The translations under genes and the position numbers were made by a program. This document shows, one piece after another, positions 26,487-38,330 of a stretch of 64,000 nt of DNA. The DNA comes from Anthoceros angustus (taxonomy: Eukaryota; Plantae; Anthocerotophyta): contig MU008177.1 in the NCBI GenBank assembly GCA_010909165.1, positions 1 through 64,000 on the forward strand. Reading direction: 5' to 3'. The first letter of the stretch is position 1. Each line of letters opens with the position of its first letter. Below the pieces are notes generated by a model that saw only the letters and a program-made list of their open reading frames with translations, was not told the origin of the DNA and did not search any database.

Positions 26487-29213
26487 TGTGGTGGGAGGTT
26501 CCCGGGACCCCCGGAACCCTCAGCCCTGTAGTGGCCACACTTATCCCACTGTCGGTTCGTATAGTAGGTTTCGTTCCCACGAAGGAGTGGGGGAGCCCTT
26601 CCCCGCACGGATGGAGGGTGCGCCTCCCGACCGACCTCTCGACTCATCGACTCCCTGCACAGCGCCTGACCGACTAACCGCCTCCTACCGCCGCCTGGGT
26701 GACCCACCCTGTAAGTCACACTACCCACGCGCGATGATGACTGCGGACTCCACGTCGAGAGGCACACTAATCAGCTGCGACCTTGGGACCCCCAAATCAC
26801 CGCATGGGCAATCCTCCCACCAGCTCCTACACTCCCTAAGACCCTTCTCATGACAAATTTGGGGCCTCAAGCTCTTGTCATGCCCTTGAAATTCCACCTT
26901 CCCTCTTTTCTAGGTTTCGTCCTCCTCTTCTCTTTTGTCTTTTCTTTTCTCTCTTGCTCCTTCCTTCTCCTCTCTTGCTCCCTATCCTCTCTAGCTCCTC
27001 TCTCGTCCTCTCTCGCCTCTCTCTCTCTCGCCTCGCCTCTCTCTTTCTTTCTCTTTTCTCCTCTCTTCTCCTCTCTTCTCTAATCTACCTCTTCCACTCT
27101 TCCTAGCTAACTATCGCCCCGGGCGCCCGCCTCCCAAAGAATCGCCTCGATCATAGGGCATTGCCCTCACGGACCTAGGCCGGACATTTGCAAGTGACGC
27201 CCCGTGCGGCCGGATTTTGCTAGGGTCTTCCTTTACCTCGCCACACCGCAACCACAATGCCGCCTCACCGCTCGAACGCTACCCACTGCTACCTCCGGAA
27301 AGAAAGGTTTGGGCCCCGCCCTCACCAGTCACCGCACCTCAAGACCCTACCGGACACCATGCACCTCACACGTCGGCACGCACGCTTGTGTAGCAAGACA
27401 AGCACATGGTCGAGAGCAAGGCATGACATTTTATTATGGGAGCTCCTCCCCCTCTTATAGGAGCTCCCCCAAACCCTAGCATTAATTAACTCTGGTGGGG
27501 TAGGTGGGGTTGCTTACGGTTTTTAAGTAGGTGGCCTCTTAAAAGGTTCTTAACCTACCTCCTAACAATCCCACTAACCCCCTAGCATTAATTAAGTCTG
27601 GTGGGGTAGGTGGGGTTGCTTACGGTTTTTAAGTAGGTGGCCTCTTAAAAGGTTCTTAACCTACCTCCTAACAATCCCACTAACCCCCTAGCATTAATTA
27701 AGTCTGGTGGGGTAGGTGGGGTTGCTTACGGTTTTTAAGTAGGTGGCCTCTTAAAAGGTTCTTAACCTACCTCCTAACAATCCCACTAACCCCCAAGGGG
27801 TCTTAATGACCCATTCACTCCCCTACCAACTATTTGCCTACTTCTTCTTGGGTGTTGGCATGGCCGCCCAACCACCGCCTTCCTCCTCTTGGCTTGGGAC
27901 TGTCCGGATCTCTTCACTCGTCACAGGAACCTCCACACTCTCGGCGATGTTGACTGCTGAGGCACTGAACGCCACCCCTCTTGTGGCGCTCTTGTAGAGG
28001 CACCGGCCTCAGAGCCATCTCTGCATACCGCACTAATTACCTCCAGTGGTTGGGTGTTGGTGCAGCTCCCCGCCATGACACCCCACCAACTCTACCGGCC
28101 CGCTGGAAATCTCTTCCTCTTCCATTGGCTCCTCCCACATTGAGCCTTCATCCATTTCACTCTCCAAGTCCCGAATCTCCGGGTTGAGGGTCGCAATTCT
28201 TCCAAAATCTTCCCGTCATCGTGGGGACCCAACAACTTCCTTGTCAACAAGGAACGCATCTCCTTGGCGAACTTGTTGACCCTAGCATGTAAGTGGACCC
28301 GCATCTCCGCCCTTCAAACAAATCTCATCAAATTCCTCGTGCCACTCTCCGAGGCTATCTTACTGCAACGCATCCCTCTCAGCGTCACCTCACTCAAACG
28401 GTCAGAAGTGACATTCTCGGCATCTCTTCCATGCCTCCAGATCCCTTGCCGCCATGCATAATCAGCCGAAAGCGTTGCTTCCGACGACCAAAGATGCGAT
28501 GCATCATTTTCCTCCGGTGGGCTACCTCTTCCTTCCACCACACGGTGACCTCCGTTGCTTCATGAGCTCCTCACGCTCCTTACTCCATGTGGCCTGCCTC
28601 CCTCCAGCTCCTTGAGTTTGGCCTCATTCATTCTTGGCTTGAGTGCCTCCCCTCTACATATATAGGGTGAGGAAGGATTTTCCACACCCAAAGGCCAAGG
28701 ACACCGATTTCCTCCGAGCGCCAAGGACGATTTCTATATATGCATGCATGCTCCCTCCTTGGTGCGGCGCTCTTCCTCCCGCGCGCTGCGTCACCGCGCA
28801 CCACCTCCAAGCTCGCCGACTGCCCTGAAATTGCGCGTCTCGCAACTCGCGAAGACCCTTCACAAGGCCTTCCACCGGAGTAAGGACTTTACTCCCGCCA
28901 TGTCCGGACTTCACCGGGCGTGACTCGGCGCCACCGCCACTAGCCCTCCCTGGCGTGCCTTCGCGAACCTTCCTCTCACAGAAACTTTCGGACTCCGACC
29001 TCCGTCCTTTCTCGACCTGGACCTGCTTTTCCTCCTTTCGTCCGCCGTGGGGACAACCCGGCCCGCCCGCTTCTCCACTTGCCACTTTGTTGTTGTCTTC
29101 CGCTGTTGTTGGTGAGAAAAAGAAAAAAGAAAAATAAAACCTAACTAATATGAACAAAACTAAGAGGCATCCGCCCCTCTTCTAACCGTGGACCCAAAAT
29201 TTGGCGTTCCACA
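26487..29213 (-). mobile_element. TGTGG...CCACA unit, copy T1 (2727 bp, internally deleted), TSD AGGAG
   Basis: AGGAG at 26482-26486 and 29214-29218. Both ends match copy T2 (48473-53776) in inverted orientation. Strand given is that of the internal ORF remnant. Confidence 0.9.
27474..27795. repeat. 106-bp tandem repeat x3 inside T1
   Basis: Near-identical units start at 27474, 27580 and 27686. The unit is single-copy in T2 (about 52675-52785, reverse strand). Confidence 0.92.
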
Positions 29214-31070
29214 AGGAGCCAAGCCGGATTGGGGCACAATCATGTATGAGGCCTACATACACCACAGGGAGAAGCTCCTCAGGCCGAATTCGGTGGATGA
29301 AGAAGGGCCAAGGCCATGCTACCTCAGCACCTATTTGGTGCATTTGTGGGAAACGGAGGGGCTCCTGACCAGCAAGGAGCTTGAGGATGCTTGGCATCCT
29401 TCGGAGATAATCCACCTCCAGCCCAGTTTAGAGCGGCCCTTGCCTTTCGCTCTAAGGAAGACCATGGGAGGCCAGACCTCCACAAGCACACCAGGACCAA
29501 GGGTGGAGGAAGTAGAGGCAACGAGGTTGCCGGAGTGGGACGCCTTTCCCCCACAAGAGCAAGGGGAAGGAGAGGAGCGAGATCCGGCCGAGGAAGGCCG
29601 GATGGTAGTCTATGAGAGGAGGGCTACCACAGGAGGGGTGACAACCCCAAGGGTGGGAGGAGTCCCCACCATCTCGTGGGTGCCTAGGGAAGAGGCACAC
29701 CATCTCACCCCTGGGAGGCAGCCCACCCCTGCAGGCATCATCAGGGCGCCACCTGCACCACGGTGGTGCGCACTACCGCAGGGGAGCAGTTCACGGCGGT
29801 AGGGAAGGGGAAGGAGAGGCAACAGAGCGCCAGTGGCGCCAGCCGCCTTCACCCGCTTAGGAGGAAGGGCGGATGGACTGAGGGGACCCACACCGTGATG
29901 GCTCAAGGCTGGCCGGGAGCTGGAGATTTCAGGCCGCAGGCGTAATTTGGGCCCTAAGAGACTTCCGAGTGCTTGTGAAGCACTTAGCCGTAGATTTGAA
30001 GGGGCTAGGAATTAACACCCCACCCCATGGGCATGCCAGAGGAAGTCCCATGTAAGGCCCAAGAGATGACTGAGAGGAGGGCCGGGACTAAGTGGCAACT
30101 AGAAGCCATGGAGTCCGATGAGAAGGCAGCCAAGTTGGAGAAGGCTGTGGAAAAGCTCCAGCGGGATCTTACAGACAAGCGAAGAGGGGAAAAGGTCTTG
30201 GAGGGAAGGTTGGCTCAAACGGAGGAGAGAGCTGTCCGGGCAACCACCCAAAAAGACTCGTGGAGACAGAAGGCGGAAGAGCATTTTGCCCAATTAGAGC
30301 AAGAGCGGAAGGGCAAAACAGAGGCTCTAGGAAGGGAGAAGGTGGCGGTCCAGCAAATGGACGCACAGGAGCAGGTGATGGCTACCCAAGCCATCAAAAT
30401 CCGGGACATGGAGGAGGAATTGAGACAAACCCAGACAACTGGAGGAGAAACGCAGAGGCGGAAACTCAAGACCAAAGAATTGCGTGAGCCGGAGCGAGAA
30501 GAATGCTTGGCAAGCTGAGCGGGAAGGGCTTGCTCAGCAGCTAGGGGACTTGGAGAGGAAGAGGACCTAGGAGGAGGAGCACCATAAGAAGGTGGTGCAC
30601 AGGATGCTGGTGCTAAGGAAGAGGAGATTTTGGGCAAATTATGCCCTTCAGGCAAAAATGGCCAACCAGCTGAGAGAAGTAAGGGAGGAGAACGTGTGCC
30701 TCCATGTGAAGGTGGGGGAACTGACCACCGCAAGAGATGCCTACAAGAGTAGGTGTGAGGATGGAGAGTGGCCCACGGAGATTGATGATCTCCAAATGCA
30801 GTATCATAGCTTGGGGGCTCACCTCCACAACAGGATTTTGAAGGCCAACAATGAAGTCTTACGTTTGGCCAAGAGGAGGACATTGGGTCCTCATGATGAT
30901 GACACGAAGGAGCTGCAGCAAGTGCAGCCGGAGGCCTCCGACTTTGACGAGGCCACGAGTGACATGGACTCCGAGGAGTCCGAGGAGACAGGAGATGGAG
31001 GAGCGGTCGCAGCGCCAAAGGTGGAAGATGGCGCAGAAAGCAAGGAGGGGGGACAGCCCGCCCTCACAGG

Positions 31071-31356
31071 GGGTCACCCTACCACGGTAGGTGACCACCC
31101 TACCACGGTAGGTGACCACCCTACCACGGTAGGTGACCACCCTACCACGGTAGGTGACCACCCTACCACGGTAGGTGACCACCCTACCACGGTAGGTGAC
31201 CACCCTACCACGGTAGGTGACCACCCTACCACGGTAGGTGACCACCCTACCACGGTAGGTGACCACCCTAGCACGGTAGGTGACCACCCTAGCACGGTAG
31301 GTGACCACCCTACCACGGTAGGTGACCACCCTACCACGGTAGGTGACCACCCCTCG
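31071..31356 (+). repeat. 21-bp coding minisatellite (GGTGACCACCCTACCACGGTA), about 13.5 copies, encoding GDHPTTV
   Basis: In frame at the C-terminus of ORF 30592..31359. Confidence 0.95.
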
Positions 31357-33689
31357 TAGTCCCGGACTCACCGTGGTAGGTAGCCAAGGCGGTAGTCCGC
31401 TGCACTACCGGGTAGTGTGTGCCAGGCGAGGAGCCTGCTGGGGAGTCGGGCCGCGGAGGCCTGGCTGTGAATGAAGGAGCCGGGGGGTCCGGTAGCATAC
31501 CCCCTGGAGAAGAAGGCGAGGTGGTGGGAGAAACAACCCCACCGGAGGAGATCAAGGGCGGAGTCAGATCCGCCGAGGAAGGGGGAGGGGTGAACAGTTC
31601 CCTCACCCCACGAATAAGGGAAGAACCCGGGCCAGGAGAGGAAACCAACGCAAAAAGGGGCCGGAGGAGTTAGTGACAACATCGGCCAGCAAATGGAGGA
31701 GGAATCTTCTAAGACATGCTCCAAGATAGGTATGGACAAACCAAACAACAGGAAAGGAGCCAAGAGGATCACCACCCCGGAAGCCGTCACCGATGAAGAA
31801 GAAAAAGGAGATAGGGACCAGACTACCATGGTAGGTAGTCAGCCTACCCCGGTAGTCTGCCAGACTACCGCGGTAGGGTGCTGGAGAAGGAGCGCGACCA
31901 GGCGGCGGAGGCTGAAAAGGTGGGCGCCTAAGTGCGCGGAGGGGGGGGGCGCGATTGCTGGAGGATGAGAGGAATCAAGGCGCCATCCCGAGGAGCAGGA
32001 GGAAGGGGCAGATCGGTACTTACCCCGCAAGTTGGGAAGGTGACAAATCTGGGAAGAGGCGAGAGCGAAAGGAGGGTGAGGGAGCCAATCCATAGAGGAC
32101 ACATCGCTATCCCAGAGGGTGAGGACTAGGTATGGTCAAAGACCATAAATGTTGGATGGAAGAATAGGAAGGATAGGCGATGTAGACTGACATTCTTTAA
32201 GGATGACCATAGGTGAAGTTGCTAGAATAGAATTTATCTAGGATCAGACAGTAGACTTAGATGCCAGGCCTTAAATGCTGGCGGTAGGAAATAGTAAAAT
32301 ATTGGAAAAGGTGACCTGCAGTAGGGTCTCCCAAGGGAGGTTGTATGTGGAAGGCCTCCTATAAGAGGAGGAGGATTTCACAAAGTAAAGCATCATGTCT
32401 TGCGCTTCCATACTCGCGAGTCCTTTGCTCTTGTAAAGGAATTTCGTGCCGGCTGTGAGCCAACGTAGCGTCTGGTAGAGAGACCCCGGTCTACTCCGGA
32501 GTGCGGTTCGTAGTCCCTCATGCCGCTCTGGAGTGCGGTCCGGAGTCACCCTATCTACTCCGAAGTGCGGTCCGGAGTGCCCCTGTCCTAAGGCGGGGTC
32601 TTTTTTGGTCCTTTGAGGGTTAACTAGGGAGAGGATAACACCGGATGTCATTCCTGTGGCCTACATCATTCTTCCGCCTTGTTTGCAATGCACTGTAGGT
32701 GGGGCTCACGGGCAAGTGCGTGCTTGCGCCGCGCCAACAGCACGTGAAAGCCCTGCATCCTTGGGCCATGCTAGTAGCCCCGCTTCAAATGGGGCCCACC
32801 CTCGGATGCACAATGCCCAATGTATGCCTAATATATGCAAAAACTACTTCTTCCAACTCATCAAAACCTTAAGTGCGGTCTGTTCAACGTCTTCCACTAT
32901 CAGAAGATGTAAGACATGGCCAAAAGATGTAACTCATACAACAAACTGTGTAGAGAGAAAGAGATCGGGGCCCTCCTGAAGGGAGACATGGACATATACC
33001 GTGGGCGCTTTGGCTGATAGGTGCTTGGCCTTCAAATCCCACGAATGTCTCAAAATGAGCAAGGTCTGGAAAGAGTTGCAAACCATTTGGCTTCACTGGG
33101 ACTCGAACGTCTCCTTTTAATCACATCATGTCTTGCATTGTCTGCAGCTACAGAATGCTTAATGTGGTGTCTATGCTTCATATGACTACATGTCCCTACA
33201 CAAGGTCCCAAATAGTCTTTGTGCAATAGCAGCACCACTTCGACCCTAAAATTGAGATGCAACTTCTCTGATTTCAAAATTTTACAAGCTAATTGTAGAT
33301 GCATGTATAATGGACCGATGGATTGCACCTCCTTTGATATAGAAAAATTTTCAAATGTCGAACTTGGAGGTTTTAACCATGGCATGCACTATCGTAGTAT
33401 CACGCAAACAATGCACACATAAAAATATTGGCCAACCTTGGCACATACATGCAGACAATATAATATTGGCCAACCGTGGCACATGTCTTCGTACTTGGAT
33501 ACCGAGAAGCTGTACTTCAAGAGTTGAGAGAATAAAGCGAGAGCATGATTCTATTCTGAGAGAAGCAACCCAAGAGAGAAGGGGTGGGGGGTTTACCGTG
33601 CTTCTCCATCCATGGATACCGTATTTCGGTTTCACTTTTCTCTTTCTTCTAATGGTCTTCGACTTCTTCTTCTTCTCAAATGTCTTCTT

Positions 33690-34520
33690 CTTAGACTTGA
33701 CAAAGCGCTTTGCGCATGGCTTCTGGCTCTTCTATGTATAAGGGGTTTTGTCATCGCACCAACCATCTTCACCACTACAATGCGATTCCGTCTTGGCCTG
33801 CTCTAGCCTGTGGCGTCTTCCCTCTTACCTGCAAGTACGGCTCTGCCCTCGATGAATCTGGGGTACACCTTGCTTGTTGTCCCCATGGGGGTCACCGCAT
33901 CGCCACCCACGATGCCATCCGTGATGTCATGTTGCCATCGTTCGTGAAAGTGGCTACATAGCCTGGAGGGAGCAGGGTAACACTCTTTGAACCAGTCGTT
34001 CAATTTGGTCTGACTTGTACTTTGTTCGCGGTGACGAAGTGATGGTTACTGACCCTGCTCGTGACACCATCTTCGCTCAGGTCATCACCAACCACCCTGG
34101 TTGGGCTGCCGCTTGTGCTGCAGCTCTCAAGGTCAGGAAGTACAACGGGTTGCAAGTGGGCCACCTCTTCATCCCGCTCGCTCTCGAAACATATAGGGCA
34201 ATGGCCGAGGACTTCGATAAGTTTCTCAAGTCCTGTGCCAAATGCTCCCACGCCCGCATGCATAGCGCGGGGTTGTCCCTTTCCTATTTCACAGCTTACT
34301 TTAGACAGAGAGTCTCCATTGCCCTTCAAAGGCCACTCTCTTCAGCGATCCTTCACAGGGGCAATAGCAGGTGGCCACTCTCTTCAGCGATCCTTCACAG
34401 AGGCAATAGCAGGTGGCCACTCTCTTCAGCGATCCTCACAGGGGCAATAGCAGGTGGCCACTCTCTTCAGCGATCCTCCACAAGGGCAATAGCAGGTGAC
34501 GCTTCTTCCTCTTCCTCTTT
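33690..34520 (+). mobile_element. 3' remnant of a non-LTR retrotransposon with restriction-like endonuclease (CRE/R2 type)
   Basis: MRFRLGL, zinc-knuckle-like CKYGSALDESGVHLACCPHGGHRIATHDAIRD, DL...VMVTDP, KVRKY, FIPLALETY and YFRQRVSIALQR. 5' part absent. Confidence 0.8.
34331..34498 (+). repeat. 42-bp tandem repeat, about 4 copies, at the 3' end of the non-LTR remnant
   Basis: Unit GGCCACTCTCTTCAGCGATCCTTCACAGGGGCAATAGCAGGT. Confidence 0.9.
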
Positions 34521-34772
34521 GGTTTGCTGGCCCTTTATCCGTCCTGCATATGATGTTTTGCCAGCAGTACATGCTAGGTAGGGAACTTCGTTACCCTTTT
34601 TTTATCTCAACCCTCGGGGTCCTCTTTGGTTGTCCCTGCTAGATGGGCTTTTTCCCATCGTTCTTTTTAGTGCGAAGTAGCTTAGGCTCTTCAAAGACTT
34701 TTCTCTCGTAGGCAGAGTTCATATGCGTGAGACCACCCAAGCTGGTTCATCCGCGTGAGACCACTCAAGCTG

Positions 34773-34812
34773 AACGGAACAGTGGAACGGTGAACTAGCT
34801 TGGTTGTAACGG
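34773..34812 (+). promoter_or_regulatory. Cluster of three AACGG cores (MSA-like, MYB3R) upstream of CENP-O
   Basis: AACGG at 34773, 34786 and 34808. Clustered MSA cores are typical of plant G2/M gene promoters. Confidence 0.4.
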
Positions 34813-35041
34813 AAAGCGCGGGATCTGGAGGGGGCCTGATTTTCTGCTTTCGCAATGAGACCACGCAGGTGTAGGCGGGCGGCGGGTAGGACGGGCGGAA
34901 AGGCTCACTGAGATGAGGAGTGGTGGGATGCATATGCCGGAGAGCTGAGAGGCCAGGGAGCTTGTGGCAAAGGAAGGGTGCACGTCACAACTGTTCATGT
35001 ACAGGGAGAAGCGGAAGAAGCGGGAGCGGGCGGTGGTGGAG

Positions 35042-36163
35042 ATGGCGATGGCTCAGGACGAGGCCGAGCCGGAGAAGCAGGATGTGAGGGAACGGAGAAC
35101 CAGCCAGCAGCGGGTGAAGCGGGTTCTGGCTGCGTCCTCCAAGCACCTGGAACAGCTGACGAAGCAGACACGGCGGCTAGCTGGAGAGGAGGAAGAGGAG
35201 ATGCAGGGAGGGGACGGGGAAGGCGGCGTGTTGGATGCCGCCAAGGACAGCCTGCTTAGTCTTAAGCAGCGGCACGAGGATCTGCGGGAGCGGCTGTCGG
35301 CTGGTAGGGGCACCAGGGATCCGCTGCAGAGGGAGGTGGACTTCGCCGTGCTCAAGTCCACCGAGTGTGACGTGGATGGAGAAGCTTGGAAGGACGACGT
35401 GATCACGGCTCTGTGGCAGAAAGTGGAGAGTGAGTCGTGTTACGGGGACAGTCTGAACGCGGGTGGCGCGGACATGGCTGCCGAGCCTTTGTCGTCGGAG
35501 GAGAGGTTCTCGTATCGAGTAGGAGCCAGGATTGTCATCTGCGGTCTGCCTAGAAGACGCATTGGCATCCGGTTCGAGACTAGCTTTGGAGGACAGGCGT
35601 ATGAGAGCTACTATTGTGCGCTTACCAGTGAGTCGTCGTCGGACAAGCTGACTGTATGCGAGCAGACTGTCCCATTTTTCCTGTCTATGGATGGGGAGAA
35701 GGCTTTCCTGGCCACCAGCCCTAAGCTGTTTATCGACAAAATTGACGGCCTTCTTCAAGCCTATGTTGCACGCCGGCAGCAGCTGAACTTGTTGAGGGAA
35801 ACAAGAGGCGACCAGGTGGGTGAGGTTTACCACAGCTTGCCTTACAACCTAGTTGAGTTCTCCTTGGGACTGCCTGAGGCCATGGTGTCGGTGGTTGTGG
35901 CCTATGACGACTTGTTGTGGGAGCTTCCAAATCGGTGTAATGTCACAGCATGGCAACTTGAAAAGGAAATTTCTTCTGCACCACAAGGTCGCGGAGGTGC
36001 TAACCGCGGCCCTTCTTCAGTCGTTCCCCATGTACTCCAGGCCGCGGAGACTGCCTTACAGAACATGCACCTGCATGAATCCTATGACCAAATTGTGGCT
36101 GATGTCCAAGCAACTGTTGCGGCTTTGGAACCGGGTATTCTCATCTCTCCAGGCCTTGAATAA
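35042..36163 (+). CDS. CENP-O: Centromere protein O (kinetochore CCAN subunit), intronless
   Basis: EERFSYRVG...RIGIRFETSFGG...YESYYCAL...TVPFFL...FIDKIDGLLQAYVARRQQ...VYHSLPYNLVEF...YDDLLWELP matches plant CENP-O. Uninterrupted ORF; alternative in-frame ATGs at 34997 and 35048. Confidence 0.9.
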   Translation: MAMAQDEAEPEKQDVRERRTSQQRVKRVLAASSKHLEQLTKQTRRLAGEEEEEMQGGDGEGGVLDAAKDSLLSLKQRHEDLRERLSAGRGTRDPLQREVDFAVLKSTECDVDGEAWKDDVITALWQKVESESCYGDSLNAGGADMAAEPLSSEERFSYRVGARIVICGLPRRRIGIRFETSFGGQAYESYYCALTSESSSDKLTVCEQTVPFFLSMDGEKAFLATSPKLFIDKIDGLLQAYVARRQQLNLLRETRGDQVGEVYHSLPYNLVEFSLGLPEAMVSVVVAYDDLLWELPNRCNVTAWQLEKEISSAPQGRGGANRGPSSVVPHVLQAAETALQNMHLHESYDQIVADVQATVAALEPGILISPGLE

Positions 36164-36198
36164 TCCCGTGCATTGCTCTCGGATTAGCTGTTCTACAG

Positions 36199-38330
36199 AT
36201 CCTCCACACCCTTTAGGTGTCCAAAATACTGTGATCTTGTTTGAAGACCTTGAAGCACTAACAGGAGATGAGAAGTTAACGGAGCTGGGGAGACAGCTTG
36301 GGTCACTGCCTGTACATCCTGCTGCCAGCAAAATGTTGTTCGTCTCCAAACTGTTGATTGTCTCGACTCTGCCCTAACCATTGCGTGTGGGGGTAGGTAC
36401 TGAGGGTCTTTTGTTTGCGCATAGGCCCTCAGGAAAGGCTGCGTGCAGCTGCGGCCAAGCGATAATTCGCAACTAGATTTGGGGATTACAGTGATCACTT
36501 GGCAGTAGTTGCTGCTTTTGAGGCTTTGGAAGCTGCTAAAGCAACTGGTAGGGAGCAGCAGTTCTATTTAGAGAAATTTGTTTCAGGCGGAATGACGGCC
36601 ATGCTGTCTAGTTTGGGTAAGGAGCTGCAGCGGGAGCTTACTCAAAAGGGATTCATATGACGTGAACACCATGCATGCAGTATGAATACACGGATCCTGG
36701 GATTGTGCGGGCTGTTCTATCCGCTAGTTTGTATCCAATGATTTGAACACTACTACCATGGGTGTCAGTTAGTCAGAGCTCCCTCTGATTATGATGTCGA
36801 CAGAGATGGTAGTTATCCAGTCCAGCGCTCTGGAGAACAGCATGTTTCCCGTCCCAATGATGGGCTTGCCGATGATTTGACCGAGGACTGGATATTGACA
36901 GCAAGGAAGATGCAACGGATAGACCAGACACGGACGTTGAGAAGAAGCAGAAGCAGCTGATGTCTCGTCCAGAGAACTTGGTTATTGCTGTGTAGATGGC
37001 TGATGTTCCGGTGGCTGCCCGAAGCGGCAGCACTCTTCGAGTCAAGGAAGAGAATGCTTGCTGCTGCTCAAGCACAAAATCGAGCAGCCTCGTTCACCTC
37101 TTGCAGAGATGCTTGCTTTTCTGTCTATTCTGTGGCCTGCTTGCTGTCTTACGATGGTGTTTTGGATTCTTCAACCCCTCGACCACTTGGCAGCTCGTCA
37201 ACTACAGTTGAGGGGTTTCTGGGCTGCCAGGAATCAGTCAAGTGAAACGCCCTCCTTGGTGATGGGCCTGGGCACATCACAAGTGCTGGAAGACCTCCTC
37301 AGAGGCGAGAGAAGCAAATTGGTGGCTCAGGATTATCTCACAAAGGTGGTGGCAATAGTGCCCTTATTGGTGGTGGGTCGCCCCCTGGGAGGGAGGGAGG
37401 GACTCGCCAGGAAGGAACAGGTGGGCCCTCTAATCACAGTGCAGGTATTATTTGAGGTCGGGACCGGAAGAGACCTCCCAGAGGTGCTGGCTCGTATATT
37501 TGGAACCCTGTTCTTTCTCACAAAATACATGGTGCCAGATATCAGGCTCAGGGCTTCATGCTGTTGTGTCAGCAAAGTGTGGTTGCTGCTTTTGAGGCTT
37601 TGGAAGCTGCTAAAGCAACTGGTAGGGAGCAGCAGTTCTATTTAGAGAAATTTGTTTCAGGCGGAATGACGGCCATGCTGTCTAGTTTGGGTAAGGAGCT
37701 GCAGCGGGAGCTTACTCAAAAGGGATTCATATGACGTGAACACCATGCATGCAGTATGAATACACGGATCCTGGGATTGTGCGGGCTGTTCTATCCGCTA
37801 GTTTGTATCCAATGATTTGAACACTACTACCATGGGTGTCAGTTAGTCAGAGCTCCCTCTGATTATGATGTCGACAGAGATGGTAGTTATCCAGTCCAGC
37901 GCTCTGGAGAACAGCATGTTTCCCGTCCCAATGATGGGCTTGCCGATGATTTGACCGAGGACTGGATATTGACAGCAAGGAAGATGCAACGGATAGACCA
38001 GACACGGACGTTGAGAAGAAGCAGAAGCAGCTGATGTCTCGTCCAGAGAACTTGGTTATTGCTGTGTAGATGGCTGATGTTCCGGGTGGCTGCCCGAGAA
38101 GCAGCAGCACTCTTCGAGTCAAGGAAGAGAATGCTTGCTGCTATCAAGCACAAAATCGAGCAGCCTCGTTCACCTCTTGCAGAGATGCTTGCTTTTTCTG
38201 TCTATTCTGTGGCCTGCTTGCTGTCTTACGATGGTGTTTTGGATTCTTCAACCCCTCGACCACTTGGCAGCTCGTCAACTACAGTTGAGGGGTTTCTGGG
38301 CTTGCCAGGAATCAGTCAAGTGAAACGCCC
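36199..38330 (+). pseudogene. Fragmentary DExH6/HVT1/NIH-like RNA helicase 3' portion, internally deleted and duplicated
   Basis: DPP...LTELGRQLGSLPVHP...SKML, DHLAVVAAFE, DPGIVRAVL...LYPM, LMSRPENLVIAV...AAALFESRKRML...SVACLLSYDG. Frameshifts and stops present. Confidence 0.8.

Larger units (their letters stand above)
25880..32650 (+). mobile_element. Host element (family H): decayed gypsy-associated accessory ORF, interrupted by a nested insertion
   Basis: ORF pieces FTCFAGQLNPRDLVDFRQW...WAYTNLELIEECY, LFAKIVLG...FLWKISR|GAKPDWGTIMY...LSTYLVHLW, a coiled-coil (30027-30518), LGPHDD and a GDHPTTV tail. Homologous to 44150-45892. Termini not resolved. Confidence 0.65.

Noticed and set aside
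26880-27110. Leu/Ser/Phe-rich transmembrane-like ORF 26850-27083 (and 53097-53380)
   Set aside because: Translation of a CT-rich low-complexity tract inside the T units.
32650-33690. ORFs 32656-33741
   Set aside because: No recognisable motifs; probably decayed TE or intergenic sequence.
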